Below, piece after piece: positions 13,733-24,500 of a stretch of 64,000 nucleotides of DNA. This DNA is from Azolla caroliniana (lineage: Eukaryota > Plantae > Polypodiophyta). The position numbers and the translations under genes are program-made. Where the stretch lies: the NCBI GenBank assembly GCA_043228905.1, contig JBHGNT010000006.1, positions 11,656,001-11,720,000 of the forward strand. Reading direction: 5' to 3'. The notes beneath the pieces were generated by a model. The model had not been told where the DNA came from. It saw nothing but the letters and a program-made list of their open reading frames with translations, and made no database searches. Numbering within the stretch: position 1 is the first letter of the stretch; every line of letters starts with the position of its first letter.

Positions 13733-14586
13733 TGTCGAGATATTACGCAAGTGCGTGTGAAAACGAGGCGGGACCTCGGGGGTCTCGAACCAAAGAGCAA
13801 GCGAGGGAGGAGAAAGAGCGAGAACCGGCCACGCAGGACCGGGGATACGCAGGGACACGGCCCTCAATACGGAGAACGCGACAGACACCGGCACAGACAG
13901 ATGCGAATGACTAAATACGTATATTAACAAAAATGGCTAGCACGACTACAACCCTCGACGGGGCGCAGGTTGGTTACAACCGAACAGGCCGGCGAACAGA
14001 TGCCGATGCCTGTTCGCTTCGACGCACAAAGGGGAAGCAGGTCGGTGGTGCTGCCGGAAGCACTCGAGCGTTCCTCGAAACAGCGCGAGCCTCCTCGGAA
14101 CCCTGCACAGAAAGCTATGGAGCTCAAGAAGGAGGGAAAGCAGAGAGAGAAGCGTCCAGAAACGGTCCGACAGCACTTCGTCCTCTCCGCCCGATCCCCT
14201 TGCAACAGCTCTTTCCTGCTCCTTTTATATGCCGACGAGCAGGCCGTCATGTCAGCTTTATTCCCTGTCCCTTTTGGGCAGGGATCCGCTCCGTTCTTCA
14301 CGCATCCGCGTAGTTACGCCGCCGACTCGTACAGTTCGCGCGCGTGACCGAAAAGACTGTTCGCGCGGTCTTTGTCTCCACTCGTGTTAGGGCCCGTTCC
14401 TGCCGATTATCCTCTTAATTCGACTCTATGTACAACTTGGAGCGTGCGCGTGTGAAGAACCGGTTCCCACGCCTCGGTGTGCTGATTCCGCTTAGGGACG
14501 GTTTTCTTCACGACATCCGCCCCCACCTAACCGCGCATCCTCCGGTATGCGCCAGGAGAGTTGGGACGGAGAAAACCGGCCCGTCT

Positions 14587-17500
14587 TCATTCCTCGCCCG
14601 TCGGTTCCTCCTCGTTTTCGGATCGTTCGTCCCTGCCGACCAGGAGAGCCGGGTCGGGCTCGTCGTCGTGTCGCTTCTTGAACGCTTTGATCCGTTTCCC
14701 TGCAACCGGTATCGCTATTCTCGTGCCGTCGAGTTCCGCCAGGTGATATGTCCCGTTGCCGTTGGCGCTCCGTACCGCGTAAGGCCCAAACCACCTTCGT
14801 GCGAACTTCCGTGTAGCTCGGTGCTGGTTGTCGAGGCTGCTGTCGTAGACGAGCACCCAATCACCTTCTTCGATCTTCTTCGGTCGGAGCCGGTGCGTTC
14901 GGTCGAACCTGGCTTTGTTCTTTGCCCTCGCCACCCGGAGCCTCTCCGCAGCCAGTTCCACGTCCTCCGGTCTCCGCTCGAGCTGTCGTATACGCGCGGC
15001 CAACAACTCCTCCCGGTTCATCTCGTCCCTCCAGTCGACCGTTGCCCACGAGGAGATCGTCCGTTCCATCGGCATGATCGGCTTCTGGCCGAACATGAGC
15101 TCCGTCGGCATGTACCCGGTTACCGAACTGTGTGTGGTCCGGTCTGCCCACAAGGCATAAGGTAGCAGCCGCGGCCAGTTACCGACTTGGCCTCCGCATG
15201 CCCGAACCAACGCCTTGACGATCGGCCCGTGTCCGCGCTCCACCTTCCCATTCGCCTCCGGATTGTACGCAGTGGTGAGCGAGAGCTTGACTCCCAGCCG
15301 GTCGAACAGCTCCGCGGCTTCTTCGGCGTCCAACTCCCCTCGGTCAGCCACGATCTTCCCGACGCACCCGTACCGGCATATCACGTCTTCGATTAGGAAC
15401 CGGCATACGGCCGCGGTCGTTTTGTTCGGAAGGGCCCGGCCTTCCACCTGGTTCGTCAGATCCTCCCGCGCTAGGACCAGGTACCGCATCTGTCCTACTC
15501 CCATTGGCATCGTTACCAGATCTACCATCCATTTGAAGTGGATGGTCGGAGGGTACGTGGGGTGAAGCTCGTCCCGATGTCGGACTATGGAGTGCATCTG
15601 ACAGCTCTCGCAAGTTGTCACGAACCGATGCACGTCCTGGTACTGCCCCGGCCACCAATACTTCCCCTTTAGTTTCTCAAACGTAGCCCATGTTCCACGG
15701 TGTCCAGCCCAAGGGCTGTCGTGGTAGGCCGTCAGCAGCTCCTCCTGTTCTTCCTTCATCGCCACCACCCGGAGCGGAGCGCCGTCCCTCTTCTTCGGGT
15801 GCTTCCATAGGTAGCCATCCCGGAGAAAGAACCGGTACGCTTTCCTCCGGATCCGGTTGGCCTCGTCCTTCGTCCATGACGCATCGGGCGTCATTGTCTT
15901 CAAAAACCCACCGATCTGCAGCCACTCCCCGTCGTACTTGCTCGCGTCGAAGTCGTTAAGCGCCGGAGTGCTTGTCCCGCCGGTTGTTACATACGCAGTC
16001 TCGAAGAAGTCCACGCCGACCTCTTCGTCCTCCGAGACCATGCCGCCCTCGTCCTCGAATCTCGCCCTTGAAAGCATGTCGGCCATGGCGTTGTCTTTCC
16101 CGGAAATGTGTCGTATTACCGGGTCTAGGGACTTGATGTACGCTATCCACCTGAGCATTGCCAGGTCCGGCGTCGCGCATCCGGAAACCATGCCGAGAAT
16201 CGGCATGCAATCCGTCTCTATGATTACCTCCGTCCCGATCAGATAGTCCTTGTCGGCCTTCACCACCGAAACGATACCCCAGAGTTCGCGTTTAACCTGG
16301 GCATATCCCCGTTGCCGCTCACTGAGGACCTTCGCGCCGAATCGGATTGGAAACCGATTGCCGTCCCCGTCTTCTTGGTTCACGACCCATCCGATCCCGG
16401 TCGGACTGGTATCCACCGTTATGAATACCGGGGTACCCTTCCCGTATACCGCCTTCCGGAGTGCCGGTGCCGCTGCAAGGGCCTCTTTCAGCTTCCGGAC
16501 CGATCCCGCGTGCTCGTCTAGCCATTCGAACCTTCGCCCCTTTTTCAGCAACCCGTACAGTGGCTCCGCGACGTGTGCGTAATGCGGGATCCATATGTGG
16601 TAGAACGCGCATGCCCCCAGGAATCTCCGTACTTCCGTGACCGAGCTGCAGTCGGGCTTCATCGCGGAGATGGCTTCTACCTTTGCCGGAGACGGTTTCC
16701 GGCCATATGGTCCGCACAGGTGCCCGACCACCATGATTTCTGACTGCCCGAAGGCCGACTTCTCCCCGGAGAAGGTGAGTCTCGCATCCTCTAGCCTCTG
16801 CAGCACCTTCTCGCAGTCGTCGATGTGCGTTGCCACGAATCGCCGGCATCCGTCCGGCCCGATCGTCTCGTCCTTTTCTTCCACCGGGCATCCCTTGATC
16901 GGGATGTCGTCCAGAAACGGCATGGTGATGTCCGGGATACAATCCCTCAGAACCTTGTTCATCGCATTCACCATGTGGGCCACCGAGTTGGTCCCTCCTT
17001 GCGGCAGTGTACACATCCGAACTAGGCCGAGGGGAGTTCGCATCGTCATAATGTCTCTGCTCTCCACGGTTAGCTGGAACTGGTCGTACCCTGAGTATAG
17101 ATCCCCGACCGAGTAAATTGACCTTCCGGCGAAGGCCTCCGCGAACTCGTCTATGGTCGGTCCGATCCCTGCGTTCCGAATGGTCACCCTATTGACCGGT
17201 TGCAGGTCCTGAATGAAGCGCAATGATCCGTTCTTCTTTGGTACGGTAAACCACCGGTTTGAATACGGGGCGCTCGACGGCTCGAGAATGCCCATATCAA
17301 CTTTCTGCTTCAACAGCTCCATCAACTTCGGGATGTGAGCTCTCGGAACCGAAATTGGCTTGAGATTCCACGGTACATGCGGTACCGTGAATATCACCAT
17401 TGGTTCTACGATCGTCGGGTCTACGCACCCGATTTCCTCCGGTGAGAATGCGAAGGCTTTCCCGTGCCTTCCGAGCATTCTCCGAAACCGGTCTTCCTCC

Positions 17501-18075
17501 ATCGGCAGTAGGAACCCGCCCCCACCGATCTTCAGCTCGCGGAGCGTCTCGTTGGTGAAGGTGTGTCCTATGCAGGCCGGATCTCGTAAGCTGGGGTCCG
17601 ATGCAACCCCTTTGTTTCGGGATTCGCTGCCCTCCGGTAAGGGCGCCGCAACTGGCCTCACCTTCCGGTCCACCGTCTTGTACTTGGTGCTCACTCGGGC
17701 CGTCCGTTCCGACTCGAGCCCTCGACCGAAGTCCGCGATGACTTCGTACATTTCTTCGGAACATACCGGTATCGTCCGGTCTTCGCTAAGGTCTTCTTCG
17801 ACTACCTTCCCCAGCATCCCCAAGGTGTCGTCGAAGGAGACTGCCTCCACGGCTCCGTTGATTCCTTCGTCAGGGCCGAGAACTCCGCACGCCCGAAGTC
17901 TCCCCTCCGTCTTTGTTTTCTTTCGGCCGGTGATGCCGACCATCGTACATGCTCCGCTGTCGGAGAAGCAAAATTTCCTACCTATTATACACGGGTTTAT
18001 CGTACAGATGTGGGGTTTTCCCGGAGCATCCGGACTGTCGCGGCCCCACGCCTTGGCAGTCCTCTCTAAAAATCC
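14587..18075 (-). CDS. Gypsy C Pol (RT-RNase H-integrase), probably translated by -1 frameshift from gag-PR
   Basis: 1118-aa ORF (14587-17943) with PFLDDIP (RT), TVDTS/IETDC (RH), HxxxxxxH..CESC and GPY motifs (INT). The frame stays open upstream to the GGATTTTTAG site at 18066-18075. Confidence 0.92.
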   Translation of the reverse strand, partial: GFLERTAKAWGRDSPDAPGKPHICTINPCIIGRKFCFSDSGACTMVGITGRKKTKTEGRLRACGVLGPDEGINGAVEAVSFDDTLGMLGKVVEEDLSEDRTIPVCSEEMYEVIADFGRGLESERTARVSTKYKTVDRKVRPVAAPLPEGSESRNKGVASDPSLRDPACIGHTFTNETLRELKIGGGGFLLPMEEDRFRRMLGRHGKAFAFSPEEIGCVDPTIVEPMVIFTVPHVPWNLKPISVPRAHIPKLMELLKQKVDMGILEPSSAPYSNRWFTVPKKNGSLRFIQDLQPVNRVTIRNAGIGPTIDEFAEAFAGRSIYSVGDLYSGYDQFQLTVESRDIMTMRTPLGLVRMCTLPQGGTNSVAHMVNAMNKVLRDCIPDITMPFLDDIPIKGCPVEEKDETIGPDGCRRFVATHIDDCEKVLQRLEDARLTFSGEKSAFGQSEIMVVGHLCGPYGRKPSPAKVEAISAMKPDCSSVTEVRRFLGACAFYHIWIPHYAHVAEPLYGLLKKGRRFEWLDEHAGSVRKLKEALAAAPALRKAVYGKGTPVFITVDTSPTGIGWVVNQEDGDGNRFPIRFGAKVLSERQRGYAQVKRELWGIVSVVKADKDYLIGTEVIIETDCMPILGMVSGCATPDLAMLRWIAYIKSLDPVIRHISGKDNAMADMLSRARFEDEGGMVSEDEEVGVDFFETAYVTTGGTSTPALNDFDASKYDGEWLQIGGFLKTMTPDASWTKDEANRIRRKAYRFFLRDGYLWKHPKKRDGAPLRVVAMKEEQEELLTAYHDSPWAGHRGTWATFEKLKGKYWWPGQYQDVHRFVTTCESCQMHSIVRHRDELHPTYPPTIHFKWMVDLVTMPMGVGQMRYLVLAREDLTNQVEGRALPNKTTAAVCRFLIEDVICRYGCVGKIVADRGELDAEEAAELFDRLGVKLSLTTAYNPEANGKVERGHGPIVKALVRACGGQVGNWPRLLPYALWADRTTHSSVTGYMPTELMFGQKPIMPMERTISSWATVDWRDEMNREELLAARIRQLERRPEDVELAAERLRVARAKNKARFDRTHRLRPKKIEEGDWVLVYDSSLDNQHRATRKFARRWFGPYAVRSANGNGTYHLAELDGTRIAIPVAGKRIKAFKKRHDDEPDPALLVGRDERSENEEEPTGEE

Positions 18076-20219
18076 TCTCGGTTTTCGGAACCGAGGGAAT
18101 CGCGGTTACGTTCGTGGTTCGGCCGTACCGTCAGAAACTGGACCGAATGGCGCCCGTCTTGGCTTTTGACCCTTGCGTAGGCCGAACCATTGTCCAGCAC
18201 TTTGGTCTCCATTTGCGCCGCCGTGATGTACGGCTCTCCCAGAATGACCGGATGCGAAGACGTCTCCTGCACGAAGAAGTGCTGGTCAATCTCGACGTCG
18301 CCGATCTTGACTCGCACATTCGGACAGGCCCCGTGCAGTTCCTCGGTGGCGCGCGTTGCTGCCCTTATTTTCCACCCGTGCTTGGTGTTGATCGGCCATT
18401 TGCCCTTCTTATAGAAGTCCATGGACATCAAATTGATCTCCGATCCGTGGTCCACCAAAGCTATCACCGGTTCCTGGACATCGCCGATCTTCACCGGGGT
18501 TTCCGTGGTCGCTCGGGCCCAGTGCGGTCTCGAATAGTGGCTTTCCGCCCACTCGTCTCCCAGCGCCATGTCGTCTAGGTGCGTCGTCCGCACTTCCACC
18601 GGTCTTTCCGGTTCTGTCTCCGTCGACAGCCTCTTCCGTTTCACCAAGTCCACGATGGAGTCGTGGAACTCCTTCTTGGCGATTCCCAGCACCTCTCGTA
18701 ACGACAGCTCCACCTTGCTGTCGAGGATCCGTTCCTCCAGGACCTTTCGCAAGTCTGTGGTCCTTTCTATCTCCGTCCCCAGACGGTACCCGCCCTTCTG
18801 GGGTTTATCTTGCGTACCGGCCCCGCCGGCTTCGTCCCGTCGTGGCCCGGACCGGGTCTCGTATCGTTGTGAGGGCCCGGTCGTCCCGGGTCTCCCCACC
18901 CGCTTCTCTTCTACCAGAGCCTCGTAGTTCTGGCAAGCGGCTTCCACGAAGCCCGTCCTTTCCTCGACCGGGTCGCTCCACCCGGTCATCTCCCGTACCC
19001 GTTTCTCCGCACGGTCCGATTCCTCCCCTTTTAGCCTCGCGCCGGCAAGGCCTTCCAGCATCGTCGGCCAGAACCCGGCTTTGCTTTCTCTTCGGGCCTC
19101 GCCGCCCCCGACTCGAATGCCGGCCGACGCCGAGTAGTGGACGGTTTCCGCGTGTCGGGCCGCCGCCTCTTCCATCAACCTTTTCATACCACCCTTTCCG
19201 TCGTTTCGGCTCAGGGCCCTTCGGGTGTCGCTGGCATGCACCCGTCCTTCCCACAGGTACACCACCCTGTTCCTCAGCGCCTCCGCGAAGTCGCCGCAGT
19301 CCTTCCGAATGTGGCCGACTTCATCGCACCACATGCACCTGTTTCCTGCCGCCGGCCGTCGGTCACGAGCCGGTTCGCCTCCTTCCCTTCGGGCCTGCGC
19401 GATTTGGAGGTCCTTTATCGCCTTCGTCAATTCCTCCAGCGCCGCTCCTCCGGTCGAGCCTCTAACTACGCCGGTCGAAGCCGAACCGGTATCCAACCAC
19501 TCTCGGGTCTCTTCCTTTCGCACCTGTGGCGCTGGTTCGAGCTTCCTTGCTGCGACCGAGCCCGACCCGGTTGCACCGTTATCCGCCCATTCTCGCCGTT
19601 TGTCGAAACGGCCACAGACCTTCCTGACAGCCGCCCAGTCGGTAGTGAGCCCGTCTTCGGTTTCCAGCAAGAGGCCCACGTGCTCCCGATCCCGTTCGTC
19701 GACCGACTTGACAAACAGCAAGACCCGGCTCGTGTCCAGGATGGTTCGGTCGAGCGCCGAAAGGCGCGCAAAGTTTTCCTCGAACTCCCGGAGGAGCGCC
19801 GACGCGTTTCTTCCCTTCCCCGGGGACTCCACCCATTCCATGAACCTTCGCTTCGAAAGCCGGAGCGCGTCGTCCAGCCCGTATTTCTCTAGGAGCCGAC
19901 CTTCGAACTCCTCCCAGGTACGGCTCTCCGTCCGCATCTCGAGCACCTCCGCATGGATGCTCGGCATCGCCACTCGGGGAAATCCGGCAAGACGCCTTTC
20001 TTCCGGAATGTCCCGCATCAGCATCTCTGCACCGTAGGACGCCAAATACTTCGTGGCATCCTTCCCATCGAACCGGCCGATCGTGCCGACGACCGCCTCA
20101 ATAGCTCTGTCGAGGGCACCGGTGATCTCGCGCGCGTTTACAATCCGATCCACGGCCGAAGCCATGGCCTCTGCGAGATCCGACCCCCTCATCTTCTGCT
20201 CTTCTGCCGCCTCTTTCAC
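18066..20219 (-). CDS. Gypsy C Gag-protease
   Basis: Uninterrupted 717-aa ORF with CMWCDEVGHIRKDC zinc knuckle and ALVDHGSEINLM aspartic protease motif. True ATG is probably 20192 or 20165. Confidence 0.92.
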   Translation of the reverse strand: MKEAAEEQKMRGSDLAEAMASAVDRIVNAREITGALDRAIEAVVGTIGRFDGKDATKYLASYGAEMLMRDIPEERRLAGFPRVAMPSIHAEVLEMRTESRTWEEFEGRLLEKYGLDDALRLSKRRFMEWVESPGKGRNASALLREFEENFARLSALDRTILDTSRVLLFVKSVDERDREHVGLLLETEDGLTTDWAAVRKVCGRFDKRREWADNGATGSGSVAARKLEPAPQVRKEETREWLDTGSASTGVVRGSTGGAALEELTKAIKDLQIAQARREGGEPARDRRPAAGNRCMWCDEVGHIRKDCGDFAEALRNRVVYLWEGRVHASDTRRALSRNDGKGGMKRLMEEAAARHAETVHYSASAGIRVGGGEARRESKAGFWPTMLEGLAGARLKGEESDRAEKRVREMTGWSDPVEERTGFVEAACQNYEALVEEKRVGRPGTTGPSQRYETRSGPRRDEAGGAGTQDKPQKGGYRLGTEIERTTDLRKVLEERILDSKVELSLREVLGIAKKEFHDSIVDLVKRKRLSTETEPERPVEVRTTHLDDMALGDEWAESHYSRPHWARATTETPVKIGDVQEPVIALVDHGSEINLMSMDFYKKGKWPINTKHGWKIRAATRATEELHGACPNVRVKIGDVEIDQHFFVQETSSHPVILGEPYITAAQMETKVLDNGSAYARVKSQDGRHSVQFLTVRPNHERNRDSLGSENREDF

Positions 20220-21509
20220 GTCGGGTTCACCAAAGATGTCGAGATATTACGCAAGTGCGTGTGAAAACGAGGCGGGACCTCGGGGGTCTCGAACCAAAGA
20301 GCAAGCGAGGGAGGAGAAAGAGCGAGAACCGGCCACGCAGGACCGGGGATACGCAGGGACACGGCCCTCAATACGGAGAACGCGACAGACACCGGCACAG
20401 ACAGATGCGAATGACTAAATACGTATATTAACAAAAATGGCTAGCACGACTACAACCCTCGACGGGGCGCAGGTTGGTTACAACCGAACAGGCCGGCGAA
20501 CAGATGCCGATGCCTGTTCGCTTCGACGCACAAAGGGGAAGCAGGTCGGTGGTGCTGCCGGAAGCACTCGAGCGTTCCTCGAAACAGCGCGAGCCTCCTC
20601 GGAACCCTGCACAGAAAGCTATGGAGCTCAAGAAGGAGGGAAAGCAGAGAGAGAAGCGTCCAGAAACGGTCCGACAGCACTTCATCCTCTCCGCCCGATC
20701 CCCTTGCAACAGCTCTTTCCTGCTCCTTTTATATGCCGACGAGCAGGCCGTCATGTCAGCTTTATTCCCTGTCCCTTTTGGGCAGGGATCCGCTCCGTTC
20801 TTCACGCATCCGCGTAGTTACGCCGCCGACTCGTACAGTTCGCGCGCGTGACCGAAAAGACTGTTCGCGCGGTCTTTGTCTCCACTCGTGTTAGGGCCCG
20901 TTCCTGCCGATTATCCTCTTAATTCGACTCTATGTACAACTTGGAGCGTGCGCGTGTGAAGAACCGGTTCCCACGCCTCGGTGTGCTGATTCCGCTTAGG
21001 GACGGTTTTCTTCACGACAACGTGTGCGGACAAAGAGCCGGATTGGAGAATTACTACATGTTGGGGTGAAGGGAGAGTTTGTTGGGAACCAGGTTCCTCC
21101 GGATGGAAAGAGAATCGGATGGAGTCAATGAAATTGAAAACAAAAAGTTACCAAAACCGGGCGAGTATATATGTAAATAGTCTAAATGTGCCCCTTGTGG
21201 GTTATGTATGTAAATAGCCAGAAAGTTGTATAAGTATAAATACAACTAGGGAAAACTATAGAAAGCATAGTTGAGTGTTGTTGTATAATTACACAGTGAG
21301 TACTTGCCTCAATAACAAAGAGTGAGTGATAGTAGGTGAGTGAGAACAGGGTTGTAACTCTGTAACCATCTACTGACGAAGAAGAACTCAAGGTCGTTGC
21401 CTTCGAGTGTCTTATTGTATATTCCTCCTACCGTATAGTGATCTCTTCGGAGTTCGAGGACTCCACATGGTTTTTCTCTTTCGGGTTTTCCACGTTAAAT
21501 ATTGTGTCT

Positions 21510-24500
21510 TGTAAAGAATCGGTGGTGATTCTTGTGCAGCAGAATAAAGTAGAGATATGTGTTGTGAGTGTGTGTGTATGAGAGAGAGAGAGAGAGAAAC
21601 ACGAGATAGATAGATTTTTAACAAGAATAGAATACTCAAGACAATGTATATTACAAAGGAGATTAACCGAACTTCTTACAAAGTAGGAGGAGAGTGCTTT
21701 ATATAGTCACTCTCTCTCTTCATTAACTACCGAAGCTCATGGGTCATGGGGAATGTGAAAGCTCATTAGTTATGTGTCATAGAATATGATTCTATGACAC
21801 ATAGTTAATGTGTAGATAAGAGTGGTGACTTTTGGCCTTTGAGTGCACACTCTCAAGGGTGTGTTCACACACTAGATTTGGTTGAGCTTGATTCTCAACA
21901 CGCCCCCTCAAGCTTCGTATCCGGTTCGGATGGTATCTGGTACATCCGACTCATACTCCCCCTCAAGCTTGGCAAGTCAAGGACCGTCAACCGAAGGTCT
22001 GACAGGAATTGCCGAAGCTTGTCGGCTCCTAGGGCTTTGGTGAAGATGTCGGCTGTCTGAAGATTCGTAGACATATGTTGAAGGTCGACATCGCCGGCCT
22101 GAACACATTCTCGAATGAAGTGATAGTGCACTTCGATATGCTTCGTGTGTGCGTGGAACACCGGGTTCCGAGCTAGATAAATATTGCTCATGTTGACACA
22201 GTAAAGGATAATCGGATCTTTGATGGGAACGCCTAGATCCTTTAATATCCACTTGAGCCATACGGCTTCACATGCAGCCACCGCCGCGCCCCTGTATTCG
22301 GCCTCTGTGCTCAAAAGAGTGACAATTGGTTGCTTCTTGCTACTCCAGGACATGGCTCCACTTCCGAGGGAGAAGACAAAACCAGAGGTTGCCCAGCCGG
22401 CATTTGTGTACCCCTCGAGTTGAATTGGCATGGCCGACTTATAGAGAATGCCATAGTCCATCGTTCTGCTCACGTATCGTAGCACTCTCTTAGCACAATC
22501 CCAATGGATATCTCGTGGCGTTTGCATGAACTGGCTAAGAAGGCCGACCGGATAGCTCAGGTCTGGTCGAGTGATCGTGAGGTAGATAAGACTACCGATC
22601 AGTTGTCGATACTGAGTTAGCTCACACTCTGTGGTGCCAGAATTGGCATCTAGTTTGAGGTTTCGGTCGAGGGGTGTTGCCACAGACTTGCACTTAGTCA
22701 TCCCGAACTTGTATAACAAGTTGAGAATGTAGTGCCGTTGGGAGATCATAATCCCAACTGGAGTGCGAATTACCTCGATGCCAAGGAAGTAGTGGAGCTC
22801 TTTCATGTCCGTCATCTCGAATTTGTTGGAAAGGAGGGATTTGACCTTGTTGATGTCGATTAGATGCTCACCTTCAATGACCAGATCATCCACGTACAGG
22901 ATGATGATGATCGGACTTTCGGAATCGCTTCTTACATAGAGAGAATTGTCGGATTTTGACATTCGGAAGCCGATTCGATGAAGATATTGTGTTCTCTTTG
23001 AGTGTCAAGAACATGGTGCTTGCTTAAGGCCGTAGAGAGGCTTCTTGAGTCGGCATATGGCTTTCGAATGAATGTTGGATTCGACGCCGGGTGGTTGTAC
23101 CATGTACACCTCCTCTTCTAATTCGTCGAGCGTTCTTGACATCCATCTAGTGGAGGTGCCACTCTTTCGTTGCTGCAAGCGCTATCACGGTTCGCACGGT
23201 TGTCATCGTTGCCACCGGGGCAAAGGTCTCTTCATAGTCGACACCCTGTGTTTGTGCGTAGCCCTTTGCTACGAGTCGAGCTTTGTAGCGGTTGACAGAA
23301 CCGTCGGCATTATACTTCACTTTGTATATCCATTTGCAGCCGATTTCCTTCTTGTGCAGTGAGTGAGGGACGAGATCCCATGTCTCATTCATGCTGAGAG
23401 CTTGCATCTCGTCGTTCATCGCTTTGACCCATCGAGGATCTTTAGCGGCTTCGGCAAGGCTCTCCGGTTCTCGTACTGCTGCCACCTTCATCATAAAGGC
23501 ATAGTGGTATGCCATATAGTCGTTGTAGCCGAATCGACTAACCGGATTCTTCTCTCGTGTGGAGTGACGGAGTTTCTCATTTGCCGATGTGAGTGCTTTC
23601 TCAACTCCGGGTGACCTCATAAGAGGCAAATCAAAGCCATCGAACTCACTATTGAGTGAATGATTCAATTCGTTGCCATCGAAGTGATCGTTCTCATATT
23701 CCAGCATTTTGGCCTTCCCTTTGTCCATCTTTGAACTTGGCTGAGATGAGCTTTGGTTTCTCGAAGGCTCTTGTGGTCCACTCAATCTAGTTGAGATCGG
23801 ACTCTCTTTGAGTATTGACCTTAGTTGATCATCGTCTTCTGTGTTGTCGAGGTCGTTCGTAGATGGTTCGGGAGGAGTCGGCTCGGGTTTGTACCATGAT
23901 GTCGATTCGTCAAAGACGACATCCCAACTTACACGAGTCTTCCGAGTGTTACCGACTAGGAATACGGTCTACGGTCAGTCCTTCAACCTAGACTTCCAAG
24001 TGACGGTGTGACAACTAATGGTAGCGGAGCACGCGTAATACTTAGTGGGATATTCCTCGTGACCTAACAGCGTATAAGGGAGATGGCTACAACTGAGCTC
24101 GTTTGACAGTGGGCTAGTGCACACACCGTTACTTCCTCCTACGCTCTCAGGTGTTATAGACCCACAGTAGATTAGCCGTAGCTACACATAGATATCAGAG
24201 AAGATAGAACTCTATTACAATATGCCTCTTACATTCAAAATTACACGCTACCTCTATCAGTGGTTTTCTACCCTTTATATACGTAGGTCTTTTAGCCCTT
24301 CACACTTCCCGCGTGAACCGTTACATGCGTTACAATATTATACTATTCCGTATTCTTGCGCTATTGTCCATCGGTTACTATTCCAGCGGACAACACTGAG
24401 TAGAGGGGTTGAAGCACTTATACCCCTTTTGCTCCTATGAGTACCCCACCAGGATGCACTTCTCTGATTTTGGGTCAAGCTTCTGCCGCTTCTCATTGGG

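Larger units (their letters stand above)
13733..21019 (-). mobile_element. Ty3/gypsy element C, non-chromoviral, apparently intact and very young
   Basis: 783-bp LTRs 20237-21019 and 13733-14515, with one difference seen by eye. TSD acgt/acgt. PBS tggtgaacccgacgtga is complementary to the 3' end of plant tRNA-Trp. PPT-like tract next to 14516. Confidence 0.96.

Noticed and set aside
13732-20851. Numerous overlapping or antisense ORFs in gypsy C and its LTRs
   Set aside because: These are shadow ORFs of GC-rich sequence opposite gag-pol, with no recognisable motifs.
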